64,000 bases of DNA from assembly GCA_018822365.1 (NCBI GenBank), contig JAHJKL010000052.1:104-64103 (forward strand), written 5' to 3'. Shown piece by piece: positions 8,409 through 16,897 of the stretch (its first letter is position 1; each line of letters starts with the position of its first letter). Made by a program: the position numbers and the translations under genes. This DNA is from Candidatus Margulisiibacteriota bacterium. GTDB lineage: Bacteria > Margulisbacteria > WOR-1 > O2-12-FULL-45-9 > XYB2-FULL-48-7. The notes below the pieces were generated by a model. It worked only from the letters and a program-made list of their open reading frames with translations, did no database searches and was not told the DNA's origin.

Positions 8409-10310
8409 CGAGGGGCTGCTGCTTAGAGATGAGGACATCTCCGTTACCATCCCATGAAAACTCCCTGACATCTCCCCCACCGAAAAGCTCCGGCCCGCAC
8501 CGCCACCACCGCTTTTTCCGCCACCAAAACCTCCGATTGAACTGGCGTGGAAAGTCTGACCGCTGCCGTCAGTAAAAGTTGAATGATACCAAGGCGGAGC
8601 CGCCAGCGACTGGTCGGCCAGATTATTTATCCAGGCCGTCTCTACGCCAAAAGCGACCGCGTAAGGAAGATATTGCTCAAAGCTCTTGGGATCACCTTTC
8701 ACTTTTTTTAAATAATTGCGAAAAGCGAGCCATTCTTCTTTCGCTTTAGAGCCGGCCAGCGTTTTCCTGGGCATTAGCGGGGCAAACAGCGCGACAATGA
8801 TCCCGGAAAACAAAAGTCCCTGCCCAAGAGGCACCAGCAAGATCGAGGTGGAATTATTAAACAGCTGAGTGAACGGGCCGAGCAGCACTAAAGCCGCGAT
8901 AAAAAACGGCAGCAATAATACAAGCTGAGCCAGCTGTCTCCCTTTAACCGCCTGAACAAAGAAAAGCCCTGGCAGAAAAAAGAAAGCCGCTACCATCACG
9001 TTTATGAACGCCACTTCAATATCCCCCAAAGCGGAGATGACCATCCCAAGGATAAAGACCCCAAGCGCGATAAAGTAGTACCTGGTCTTTACGGCGCGCG
9101 GATCCATCTCAAAGTAACCGCGACGGACCGTTTGTTTGAAGATCAGGTCAATGATCCCCTCAACGTTCGTATAGAACTTTTCGCGCAGTGAGGAAAGTTT
9201 TACTTTATCCCCGACCCTGGGAAGGCCAAATACTCCCTGGATGATCTTATCTTCATAATCGCTTAATCCAACCGGCGCCGCCTTAAGCTGGTATTCAAAA
9301 TCACGGATGGTGAAGATCCAGGCCTTGTTGACAATTTCGGTGATCTCGATAAAACCGCGCCTGGATAGGTCAAGGATCGTGGCAATGATCTCTTTCATCC
9401 CCGCCTCTTCGTCAATAATTGTTCCCGCCAGAGCGGGCGACAGGTCGCTTGGCGGTTTGGACAGGACTTTTTCCGCTCCTTTAACTTCGTAATCGCGGCC
9501 GAGCCTGATATAAAGCGCCATCATCCAGAAAAAGGCCAAACCGGCAACCGCCCACGGAAGATATGGGGAAACCCGGGTCTTGAACATTTTTTTCAGGGAA
9601 AAAACCTTGGCGACGATCCCTGGCGGAAAATCAACTTTGATCTCGAACTTTTCGCCGGGCGGAAGGTTCTCTCCGCGAAAAACTATCGTTCGCGGGTCGA
9701 TGATCTGCCAGGTCCCCCCGGAAACACCGGTATAAAGCATTCCCTTCAGGTTGGTCGGTCCCACTGGAGCGGGAAAACGAACAAAAACCCTGGCTTTTCT
9801 AACCTCGCCATCCCGTTCTTCAAAGATCGCCTTCCAATAGAGCTCGTCAAAGTTCTTCTGATGGTCGATCAACCCTTTAACCTTATATTTAATGGTAAAG
9901 GTTTTCGGGGTTTGGTCATATTCCGGCTCGGTAATATCTCGCGAACGCCACTTGATCCGACGGGCACCATTCTCATTGCTGACTGTGTAATGGTATTTAT
10001 CAAGGCTTCCTTCTTGGTACTTTATATCATCCTCATAAAGTTCAATATCAGAAAGCGCATCAAACCCCTTGAGCTTGATGTCCCGATAGCCGCCATTATA
10101 AGCTCCGGTAAAAACATAAGTCTGGGTTTCAACAATATCAACGGTTGAGTCGCGGTTTATGGTGAGGTCAACGGCAATTTGGTCCCAATAAAGCGACCTG
10201 GCGCCGGCCGCTGACAAAGAAACCAGCAAAAACGCGGCTATCAGAACGTATCGGTTAAAAAGGTTTTTTTTCGCCACTTGCTTTTTTCTTGGCTTTTTTC
10301 CCCGTCTCAT
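8343..10310 (-). CDS. DUF2207-like membrane protein with a poly-Gly C-terminal tail
   Basis: It has a signal/TM N-terminus, a beta-rich ectodomain, multiple central TM helices and a C-terminal GGGSGGGGGGGGGGGGGGW tail. That combination is typical of DUF2207 proteins as I remember them. Confidence 0.6.
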   Translation of the reverse strand: MRRGKKPRKKQVAKKNLFNRYVLIAAFLLVSLSAAGARSLYWDQIAVDLTINRDSTVDIVETQTYVFTGAYNGGYRDIKLKGFDALSDIELYEDDIKYQEGSLDKYHYTVSNENGARRIKWRSRDITEPEYDQTPKTFTIKYKVKGLIDHQKNFDELYWKAIFEERDGEVRKARVFVRFPAPVGPTNLKGMLYTGVSGGTWQIIDPRTIVFRGENLPPGEKFEIKVDFPPGIVAKVFSLKKMFKTRVSPYLPWAVAGLAFFWMMALYIRLGRDYEVKGAEKVLSKPPSDLSPALAGTIIDEEAGMKEIIATILDLSRRGFIEITEIVNKAWIFTIRDFEYQLKAAPVGLSDYEDKIIQGVFGLPRVGDKVKLSSLREKFYTNVEGIIDLIFKQTVRRGYFEMDPRAVKTRYYFIALGVFILGMVISALGDIEVAFINVMVAAFFFLPGLFFVQAVKGRQLAQLVLLLPFFIAALVLLGPFTQLFNNSTSILLVPLGQGLLFSGIIVALFAPLMPRKTLAGSKAKEEWLAFRNYLKKVKGDPKSFEQYLPYAVAFGVETAWINNLADQSLAAPPWYHSTFTDGSGQTFHASSIGGFGGGKSGGGGAGRSFSVGEMSGSFHGMVTEMSSSLSSSPSSSGGGSGGGGGGGGGGGGGGW

Positions 10311-10626
10311 TCAGGCTCTTTCTCTTCAGCGCGTTAACGTCCGCTTTGGCTTTGCGCTCTTTTTTCCTTGCCTCCATTTTTTGGGCCCCTTCGGAAACCC
10401 TGGCTTCATTGTCAGCTTTTTTCTTTTTAAGAGCCTCCCTCTTCGCCTTTCGCTCCTGCTTGATCTTTTGCTTTTCTGCCTTTGTCAGTTTGACCTTGAG
10501 CTTGCTTGCCAAAGGCCCCCAGGCTTTAATTCTCGCTTTTTCGTCCGATGGCCCAGGCTTGGCAACGGCAAACCCGGCGCTTGCGACCATCACCAACATA
10601 ATAAAAACAACAAAATATTTCTTCAT
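10255..10626 (-). CDS. small secreted Lys/Glu/Ala-rich protein
   Basis: A signal peptide MKKYFVVFIMLVMVASAGFAVA is followed by highly charged, low-complexity sequence. The SD GGAGGGG lies upstream. Confidence 0.55.
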   Translation of the reverse strand: MKKYFVVFIMLVMVASAGFAVAKPGPSDEKARIKAWGPLASKLKVKLTKAEKQKIKQERKAKREALKKKKADNEARVSEGAQKMEARKKERKAKADVNALKRKSLNETGKKAKKKASGEKKPF

Positions 10627-10858
10627 AATAATCCCCTCCAGAGCCAGATTATAAACCAGAATATGTTTTTTAGCTACCTGTCACTATTAATTATGATAAA
10701 ACACCAAAATGAAGCTGCCCGGAAAAATGGAAATATTTGACCCCAATTTGAGCAAGATCGTCAAGACTGCTGCTGAATGGAAAAGATCTTGTCCAGGCCG
10801 GCACAAAATATGAGTCTGGAACCGGCTGGCCCAGCTGTTACCCGGATCGTGCCGGCCA

Positions 10859-11698
10859 TTAAAGTTTGGCATGGGGTTCGTTCTCTACCCCGGCCTCGAC
10901 CGTTTCGACGAAAAAAGTTCGGGGGTAGGCGTGTCGTATTTTAGTGGCGGTCAGCCGGCCAAGGTTGGGCTCGCGGACCAGGCCAAAAACGCTCGGCCCG
11001 CTCCCGGACATTTGGGCCCATTCACAGCCGGATTCGATCAATTTGCTGATAACTTCCTGAATGACCGGATACTGCCTGACCACCACAGGCTGAAGATCGT
11101 TGCGATGTCCATCAATCAGCAGTGGTTCGCTAGCCGCTATCCGGTCAAATTCCTGGTAAGCCCAGGGAGTTGAAACTTCAACTTGAGGAACAACCAATAT
11201 ATAACTATTCTTTTCGATCGGCCTGGCAGACAACCTGTCTCCGCGGCCTGTCGCCAAACAGCAGCCCCCTTTCAGGCAAAAAGGAACATCAGAACCCAAT
11301 CGAGCCCCAAGCTCGCTGAGCTCAATTTCAGTAAATGGTTTATTAGCCAGTTTATTTAAACCATAAAGAACCGCCGCCGCATCCGCGGATCCGCCTGCCA
11401 GCCCGGCCGCTAAAGGGATATTCTTCTCTAATTTAACGGCAACCCCTTCCCCTTCAAAGCCCTTTTTCGCCGATTCAGAAAAAAACAGCTCCGCCGCTTT
11501 ATAAGCCAAATTAGTCTTGTCAGCTGAAAGTTGCTGGTTGTTGGTAGTAAGTCTGATCCCGGAAGAAAGAGGTGCTAATGAGATGTAGTCACATAAAGAA
11601 ACCGACTGCATTATTGATTCAAGGTCGTGGTAACCATCGGGCCGCCTGGCCAGGATCTTGAGGGTTAAATTAACCTTGGCAAAGGCTTTGAGCCGCAC
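10859..11698 (-). CDS. ispE: 4-diphosphocytidyl-2-C-methyl-D-erythritol kinase
   Basis: KVNLTLKI...RPDGYHDLES and the GHMP motif PLAAGLAGGSADAAA are present. Confidence 0.9.
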   Translation of the reverse strand: MRLKAFAKVNLTLKILARRPDGYHDLESIMQSVSLCDYISLAPLSSGIRLTTNNQQLSADKTNLAYKAAELFFSESAKKGFEGEGVAVKLEKNIPLAAGLAGGSADAAAVLYGLNKLANKPFTEIELSELGARLGSDVPFCLKGGCCLATGRGDRLSARPIEKNSYILVVPQVEVSTPWAYQEFDRIAASEPLLIDGHRNDLQPVVVRQYPVIQEVISKLIESGCEWAQMSGSGPSVFGLVREPNLGRLTATKIRHAYPRTFFVETVEAGVENEPHAKL

Positions 11699-11982
11699 TA
11701 TTTTGCTTTGTTTAGAGCAAGCATCAAACGGGACTTCATCCGGGCCGCTTTCGTCCGGTAGATAAGCTTCCGTTCGGCCGCTTTATCAATTATCGAAACC
11801 GCTGTCTGAACTAAATTACCCATTTCAGCTGTTTTTTTAACGATCGCGGTTCGCGCGCTTTTTATGGCCAGTTTCAGTTTTTTCTTCTCGATCAAATTGC
11901 GGGCTGTCCTGATCTTCGCCTTGCGAATGTTCTTGACCCCGCGTCGTAAAATATTTTTCTTTTTCTTAACTGCTTCTGCCAT
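11698..11982 (-). CDS. rpsT: 30S ribosomal protein S20
   Basis: A 94-aa basic helical protein with the S20-like C-terminus IYRTKAARMKSRL. Confidence 0.8.
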   Translation of the reverse strand: MAEAVKKKKNILRRGVKNIRKAKIRTARNLIEKKKLKLAIKSARTAIVKKTAEMGNLVQTAVSIIDKAAERKLIYRTKAARMKSRLMLALNKAK

Positions 11983-12027
11983 TATACCCTCCGTGTGATT
12001 TGGTCATCCCTCTGGTCCCTGGTTGAC

Positions 12028-12036
12028 AATATACCA
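12028..12036 (-). promoter_or_regulatory. extended -10 TGgTATATT for rpsT-ispE
   Basis: Read on the minus strand. It implies a leader of ~40 nt ending in the SD GGAGGG. Confidence 0.45.
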
Positions 12037-12042
12037 TAAAAT
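12037..12042 (+). promoter_or_regulatory. -10-like TAAAAT, 8 nt upstream of the accD ATG
   Basis: Read directly from the sequence. I see no convincing -35 and no SD. Confidence 0.35.
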
Positions 12043-12050
12043 ACGCTAAC

Positions 12051-12908
12051 ATGGCAAGCACTTTGAGCATCCACGACTGGTTTAACCGAAAACAACAACA
12101 AAAAGAGATCGCCCGCGAAAGATTAGATATCCCAGGAAATGTTTGGGTAAAATGCTTTAAATGCGGCCAGGCGATCTACACCAAGGACTTGGAAGAGAAC
12201 TTAAAAGTTTGCCCCAAGTGCCGGTATCATTTCAAATTAACCTCAACCGAGCGCGTTCGCCAGTTGACCGATTCTTTTGATGAGATCAACCCTTCCCTGA
12301 CCTCTAAAAACTTTTTGAATTTTACCGATTCAAAGTCTTATACCTCAAGGATCGAAGATTCTATCCTTAAATCAGGGCTCAAGGACGCGATCGTTACCGG
12401 CCACGCCAAGATCAGCGGCTACAACGTTGCTCTCGGAATAATGGATTTTTCTTTCATGGGTGGAAGCATGGGCTCCGTGGTCGGCGAAAAGATCGCCCGG
12501 CTGGTCGAAGAAGCGATCGAAAAAAAATCTCCGGTGATCATTTTTTCAACTTCGGGCGGAGCCAGGATGCAGGAAAGCATCATGTCGCTCATGCAAATGG
12601 CCAAAACTTCCGCGGTCCTGGGCCGCCTCCGCGAAACCGGGCTCCCCTATATTTCTGTTTTGACCGACCCCACAACCGGCGGGGTCTCCGCCAGTTTCGC
12701 GATGCTGGGAGATGTCAACATTGCCGAGCCAAACGCCCTGATCTGTTTTGCCGGCCCACGGGTCATTGAGCAAACCATCAGGCAGAAATTGCCGCCAGGC
12801 TTCCAGCGGTCCGAATACCTGCTCGCCCACGGCATGCTTGATATTGTTGCCGACCGAAGAGCGCTTAAGGAGACCTTGACTAAACTGTTAAAGTTTTTCA
12901 AGAATTAA
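12051..12908 (+). CDS. accD: acetyl-CoA carboxylase carboxyltransferase beta subunit
   Basis: The Zn ribbon CFKCGQ...CPKCRYH and the motif FSFMGGSMGSVVGEK are present. Confidence 0.93.
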   Translation: MASTLSIHDWFNRKQQQKEIARERLDIPGNVWVKCFKCGQAIYTKDLEENLKVCPKCRYHFKLTSTERVRQLTDSFDEINPSLTSKNFLNFTDSKSYTSRIEDSILKSGLKDAIVTGHAKISGYNVALGIMDFSFMGGSMGSVVGEKIARLVEEAIEKKSPVIIFSTSGGARMQESIMSLMQMAKTSAVLGRLRETGLPYISVLTDPTTGGVSASFAMLGDVNIAEPNALICFAGPRVIEQTIRQKLPPGFQRSEYLLAHGMLDIVADRRALKETLTKLLKFFKN

Positions 12909-12910
12909 AT

Positions 12911-13882
12911 ATGGCAGAAAAAAAAGTTAACCGTCAGATCCTGGAATTTGAAAAACCGCTGATCGAGCTCTACGATAAACTGGAAAAGCTCAAAGCAATG
13001 AGCGAATCTGGTAAATTTGACATGACTGAAGAGGTCAAACTGATGGAAAAACGGATCGACACGGTCCGCCAGCAGATCTTTGCCAACCTAAACCCCAGCC
13101 AGATCGTCCAGGTTGCCCGCTTTATCCAGCGGCCAACCGCGCTTGACTACTTTGGAAGCATCTTTGATGATTTTATCGAACTGCACGGCGACCGTAATTT
13201 TGGCGACGACCCGGCGATCGTAGGCGGGATAGCGACCCTGGACGGCCGCTCCGTAGTCGTTATGGGCCACCAAAAAGGGCACTCGACCAAAGAAAACATT
13301 GCCCGTAATTTTGGCACCGCTCATCCTGAAGGGTATCGAAAAGCCTTGCGTCTCATGAGACTGGCTGAGCGTTACAATAAACCGGTCATTTCTCTTATCG
13401 ACACTCCAGGCGCTTATCCCGGCGTAGGCGCCGAAGAGCGGGGCCAGGCGGAAGCGATCGCAAAAAACCTGCGGGAAATGACCGAGCTGAACGTCCCGTT
13501 TGTCGCGGTCATTACCGGTGAAGGGGGTTCGGGTGGAGCTCTGGGGATCGCCATGGGGAACCGGGTCCTGATGCTGGAGTTCGCCATCTACTCGGTCATC
13601 AGCCCGGAAGGGTGCGCCTCGATCCTTTTCCGCGATGCCAAACGGGCCAACGAAGCGGCGATCGCCATGAAAATCACTTCCAAGGATATGATCGAGCTTG
13701 GTATAATTGACGAGATCATCAAGGAACCCCCCGGCGGCGCCCACCAGGACCCAAAGCTTGCCGCAAAAAATCTGAAATCTGCTATAATAAAGAACCTGAA
13801 TCCACTGCTTTCCCTCTCCGCGAGGGAACTGATCGCGGATCGTTACAATAAATACCGTAAAATGGGGATCTTTAACGACTGA
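12911..13882 (+). CDS. accA: acetyl-CoA carboxylase carboxyltransferase alpha subunit
   Basis: FIELHGDRNFGDDPAIVGG...MGHQKG and IDTPGAYPG are present. Confidence 0.93.
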   Translation: MAEKKVNRQILEFEKPLIELYDKLEKLKAMSESGKFDMTEEVKLMEKRIDTVRQQIFANLNPSQIVQVARFIQRPTALDYFGSIFDDFIELHGDRNFGDDPAIVGGIATLDGRSVVVMGHQKGHSTKENIARNFGTAHPEGYRKALRLMRLAERYNKPVISLIDTPGAYPGVGAEERGQAEAIAKNLREMTELNVPFVAVITGEGGSGGALGIAMGNRVLMLEFAIYSVISPEGCASILFRDAKRANEAAIAMKITSKDMIELGIIDEIIKEPPGGAHQDPKLAAKNLKSAIIKNLNPLLSLSARELIADRYNKYRKMGIFND

Positions 13883-13887
13883 TTTGT

Positions 13888-13972
13888 GCCGCTGTGGTGG
13901 AACTGGCAGACGCGCCTGACTCAAAATCAGGTGGGGTTAACCCCCGTGTCGGTTCGATTCCGACCAGCGGCA
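13888..13972 (+). tRNA. tRNA-Leu(CAA)
   Basis: I folded the cloverleaf by hand: acceptor GCCGCTG/CAGCGGC, anticodon loop CTCAAAA, a long variable arm and T-loop TTCGATT. No CCA is encoded. It starts 5 nt after the accA stop. Confidence 0.85.
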
Positions 13973-13995
13973 TTTTATAAATAAAAATTGGTTAT

Positions 13996-14079
13996 GACCA
14001 GGTGGCGGAACTGGCAGACGCACCAGCTTCAGGTGCTGGCGAGGTCACACTCGTGGAGGTTCAAATCCTCTCCTGGGCA
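13996..14079 (+). tRNA. tRNA-Leu(CAG)
   Basis: Anticodon stem CCAGC/GCTGG with loop TTCAGGT, a long variable arm and T-loop TTCAAAT. The acceptor stem has one A:G mismatch at 2:71. Confidence 0.75.
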
Positions 14080-14092
14080 TTCCAATTTTTTA

Positions 14093-14121
14093 TTGACAAA
14101 ACAAAAGGAGTATTGTATAAT
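14093..14121 (+). promoter_or_regulatory. consensus sigma70 promoter, TTGACA-17-TATAAT, for rho
   Basis: Both hexamers are perfect and the spacer is 17 nt. Confidence 0.75.
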
Positions 14122-14230
14122 AAGTTTTGTTGAGAGGCCTCTTCTTTTTTGAGTCCTAACAATTTTTCTATGTATTTCCAATTTCTCAATAAACAAACCA
14201 GCACCACAATATATCTCAAGGAGGATAATA

Positions 14231-15478
14231 ATGGATATTGTTGAATTAGAAGGTAAGACCCTGCCCCAGCTTTACGAAATTGCCAAAGGACTTGATCTCC
14301 CAAATTACCGCCAATTAAAAAAACACGATCTGGTTTTCAAAATTCTAGAAGCGCAAACCCAAAAGAACGGGTTTATGTTCGCTAAGGGAGTCCTGGAGAT
14401 CCTGCCGGAGAACTATGGCTTCCTGCGAACCGGAGGCTACCTCCCCAGCCGAGAAGATGTCTACGTTTCCCAGACCCAGATTCGCCGTTTTGACATGATG
14501 AACGGCGATTACGTCACCGGTCAGGTCCGGCCTCCCAAGGAAGGGGAAAAATATTACAGCCTGCTGAAGATCGAAGCGATCAACGGGGTTAACCCGGAAA
14601 CGGCCCGCGACCGGGTCCCGTTCGAACACCTCACCCCGATCTTCCCGAACGAGCGTTTCACCCTGGAGCATCCCGACGCTTCGATCACTTCCCGCCTGAT
14701 CGACATGATCGCCCCAATTGGCATGGGACAACGCGCGCTAATCGTTTCTCCCCCCAAGGCTGGTAAAACAACCGTGCTGAAAAACATCGCCAACAGTATT
14801 ACCGCGAATTTTCCGGAAGCCTTGATCAAGGTCTTGCTGGTCGACGAGCGGCCGGAAGAAGTAACCGACATGCAGCGCTCGGTCAAAGGAGAAGTTGTCG
14901 CTTCAACCTTTGACGAACCGCCGGAGGATCACATCCGGATCGCCGAGCTTCTGCTGGAATCATGCAAACGTCAGGTTGAAGAAGGGAAAAATGTGGTGAT
15001 CCTGCTGGATTCGATCACCCGTTTAGCCCGCGCCTATAACCTGGTCACCCCGCCATCGGGCCGCACCCTTTCCGGCGGCCTTGATCCGACCTGCCTCCAC
15101 AGGCCAAAGCGATTTTTCGGCGCCGCCCGCAATATTGAAGAAGGAGGCTCTCTGACGATCATCGCCACTGCCCTGGTTGATACCGGCTCCAGAATGGACG
15201 ATATCATTTACGAAGAATTTAAGGGGACCGGCAACATGGAGCTCCACCTCAACAGAAAGCTCGCTGAACGAAGAATTTTCCCGGCAATTGACGTCCGGCT
15301 CTCGGGAACCCGCCGCGAAGAGCTCTTGATGGAAGAAAAAGACCTTAAGAAAATGTGGCTCCTGCGCAAGGTTATGGACAGCTACGAGACCGTTGAAGCT
15401 ACCGAGCAGCTGATCGAAAGGCTGAAGGAATTTAAGACCAACAAACAGTTCTACGATTCTGCCGACGTCAAGAAGTAG
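14231..15478 (+). CDS. rho: transcription termination factor Rho
   Basis: N-terminal [31 protein letters not shown], Walker A PPKAGKT and [14 protein letters not shown] are present. The SD AAGGAGGA lies upstream. Confidence 0.95.
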   Translation: MDIVELEGKTLPQLYEIAKGLDLPNYRQLKKHDLVFKILEAQTQKNGFMFAKGVLEILPENYGFLRTGGYLPSREDVYVSQTQIRRFDMMNGDYVTGQVRPPKEGEKYYSLLKIEAINGVNPETARDRVPFEHLTPIFPNERFTLEHPDASITSRLIDMIAPIGMGQRALIVSPPKAGKTTVLKNIANSITANFPEALIKVLLVDERPEEVTDMQRSVKGEVVASTFDEPPEDHIRIAELLLESCKRQVEEGKNVVILLDSITRLARAYNLVTPPSGRTLSGGLDPTCLHRPKRFFGAARNIEEGGSLTIIATALVDTGSRMDDIIYEEFKGTGNMELHLNRKLAERRIFPAIDVRLSGTRREELLMEEKDLKKMWLLRKVMDSYETVEATEQLIERLKEFKTNKQFYDSADVKK

Positions 15479-15479
15479 C

Positions 15480-15508
15480 TTGACCCTGTTTGGGGCGTGG
15501 GCTACTAT
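15480..15508 (+). promoter_or_regulatory. sigma70-type promoter, TTGACC-17-TACTAT, ending 6 nt before the murF ATG
   Basis: Read directly from the sequence. It begins 2 nt after the rho stop. Confidence 0.55.
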
Positions 15509-15514
15509 TGACCT

Positions 15515-16747
15515 ATGTTCACGATCGAAGAGATCATTAAGCTCGTTCCCGACTCGCGGATCGAAGGTCCGGTCGCGCGCGGCTTCACCTCCATATCCAC
15601 TGATTCTCGAAAGACAGGTCCGGGCCAGCTTTTTATCCCCATCAAAGGGGTAAAATATGACGGCTATAAATTTATTCCGGAAGCCCTAAAACGCGGAGCG
15701 TCCGCCCTCTTTGTCAACAACGGCTTAAAGGCGCTGCAAATCCTGGCCACCTATCACCGCGACAAATTCAAGATCCCGTTCGTCGGCGTAACCGGTTCAT
15801 CCGGTAAAACAACGACTAAAGACATGCTCGCCTCGATCCTGGCCCAGGAAAAGCAGGTCCTCAAGAACGAAGGGAATTTCAACAATGAGATCGGGGTCCC
15901 CCTCACCCTTTTGAACCTGACCAATAAACACCAGGTCGCGGTCATTGAAATGGGGATGCGGGGTTTTGGCGAGATCCGGGAACTGGCAGAGATGGTCAGG
16001 CCAAAGATCGCGATCGTCACCAACATTGGCGAATCGCACCTGGCCCATCTCAAGACCAAAAAGAACATCGCCAGAGCAAAAGCGGAGATCTTTGACTTTC
16101 TGCGGCGGACCGATTACGCCGTCATCAACCAGGACGACGAATACTTTGAGCATTTAAAAGAACGAGCGCGAACGAGCGGAGCAAAGGTCATCACATTCGG
16201 CGTCCTGGAAAGATCAGATGTCGGGACAAAAGAGCTCCTGGGGATCGATCTCCCCGTACCGGGCGAGCACAACATTTACAATGCCCTGGCGGCGATCGCC
16301 GCCGCCAGGATCCTGAAGATCAAACGCTCGTCGATCGTCAAAGGACTTTCTACCGTTCCTCTTTCGAGCCGCCGGATGCACGTTTTCAATTACCCGGACC
16401 GGACCAAAATAATTGACGACACCTATAACGCCAATCCTCAGTCAATGGCGGCGGCGCTCAAGACGATCGGCGGCATGTCCGGCCGCAAGATCGCCGTGCT
16501 GGGAAGCATGCTCGAACTTGGGCGCCGGACAAACACGGCGCATCGTCAGGCGCTTGCTCTGGCACGAAAACAAAAAGTTGACCACATTTTTACGTTTGGC
16601 GACTATTGGCCCAAATCTGCCAATCATTATAATGATAAGACTAAGCTAATAAAAATGCTAAAGAAATTAATCAAGCCGCGTGATATAATTTTAATCAAGG
16701 GTTCGCGCGGCATGAAGATGGAAGATGTCGTGGAAGCCCTGAACTGA
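15515..16747 (+). CDS. murF: UDP-N-acetylmuramoyl-tripeptide--D-alanyl-D-alanine ligase
   Basis: ISTDSRK...LFIPIKG and the Mur ligase P-loop GVTGSSGKTTTKDM are present. Confidence 0.85.
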   Translation: MFTIEEIIKLVPDSRIEGPVARGFTSISTDSRKTGPGQLFIPIKGVKYDGYKFIPEALKRGASALFVNNGLKALQILATYHRDKFKIPFVGVTGSSGKTTTKDMLASILAQEKQVLKNEGNFNNEIGVPLTLLNLTNKHQVAVIEMGMRGFGEIRELAEMVRPKIAIVTNIGESHLAHLKTKKNIARAKAEIFDFLRRTDYAVINQDDEYFEHLKERARTSGAKVITFGVLERSDVGTKELLGIDLPVPGEHNIYNALAAIAAARILKIKRSSIVKGLSTVPLSSRRMHVFNYPDRTKIIDDTYNANPQSMAAALKTIGGMSGRKIAVLGSMLELGRRTNTAHRQALALARKQKVDHIFTFGDYWPKSANHYNDKTKLIKMLKKLIKPRDIILIKGSRGMKMEDVVEALN

Positions 16748-16751
16748 TGGT

Positions 16752-16833
16752 GCCTGGGTGGTGGAATTGGCATACACGTACGCTTGAGGTGCGTATGTCG
16801 AAAGACTTAAGGGTTCGACTCCCTTCCCAGGCA
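16752..16833 (+). tRNA. tRNA-Leu(GAG)
   Basis: Acceptor GCCTGGG/CCCAGGC, anticodon loop TTGAGGT, a long variable arm and T-loop TTCGACT. It starts 4 nt after the murF stop. Confidence 0.85.
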
Positions 16834-16843
16834 TTTTCTTATG

Positions 16844-16872
16844 TTGACTTACGCAAGCTTTTTGCTTATGAT
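16844..16872 (+). promoter_or_regulatory. sigma70-type promoter, TTGACT-17-TATGAT, ahead of the flagellar cluster
   Basis: Read directly from the sequence. It is followed by the SD GGAGGAG and the ATG at 16898. Confidence 0.55.
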
Positions 16873-16897
16873 TACGACAAATGTTTGGGGAGGAGCG

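Noticed and set aside
8343-8410. GGN/CCN low-complexity tract as a phase-variable simple-sequence repeat
   Set aside because: The codons are heterogeneous (GGT, GGA, GGC, GGG mixed with others), not a perfect mono-, di- or trinucleotide repeat. Slipped-strand phase variation is therefore unlikely.
13088-13924. Minus-strand 278-aa ORF
   Set aside because: It is antisense to accA and runs into tRNA-Leu(CAA). No motifs are present.
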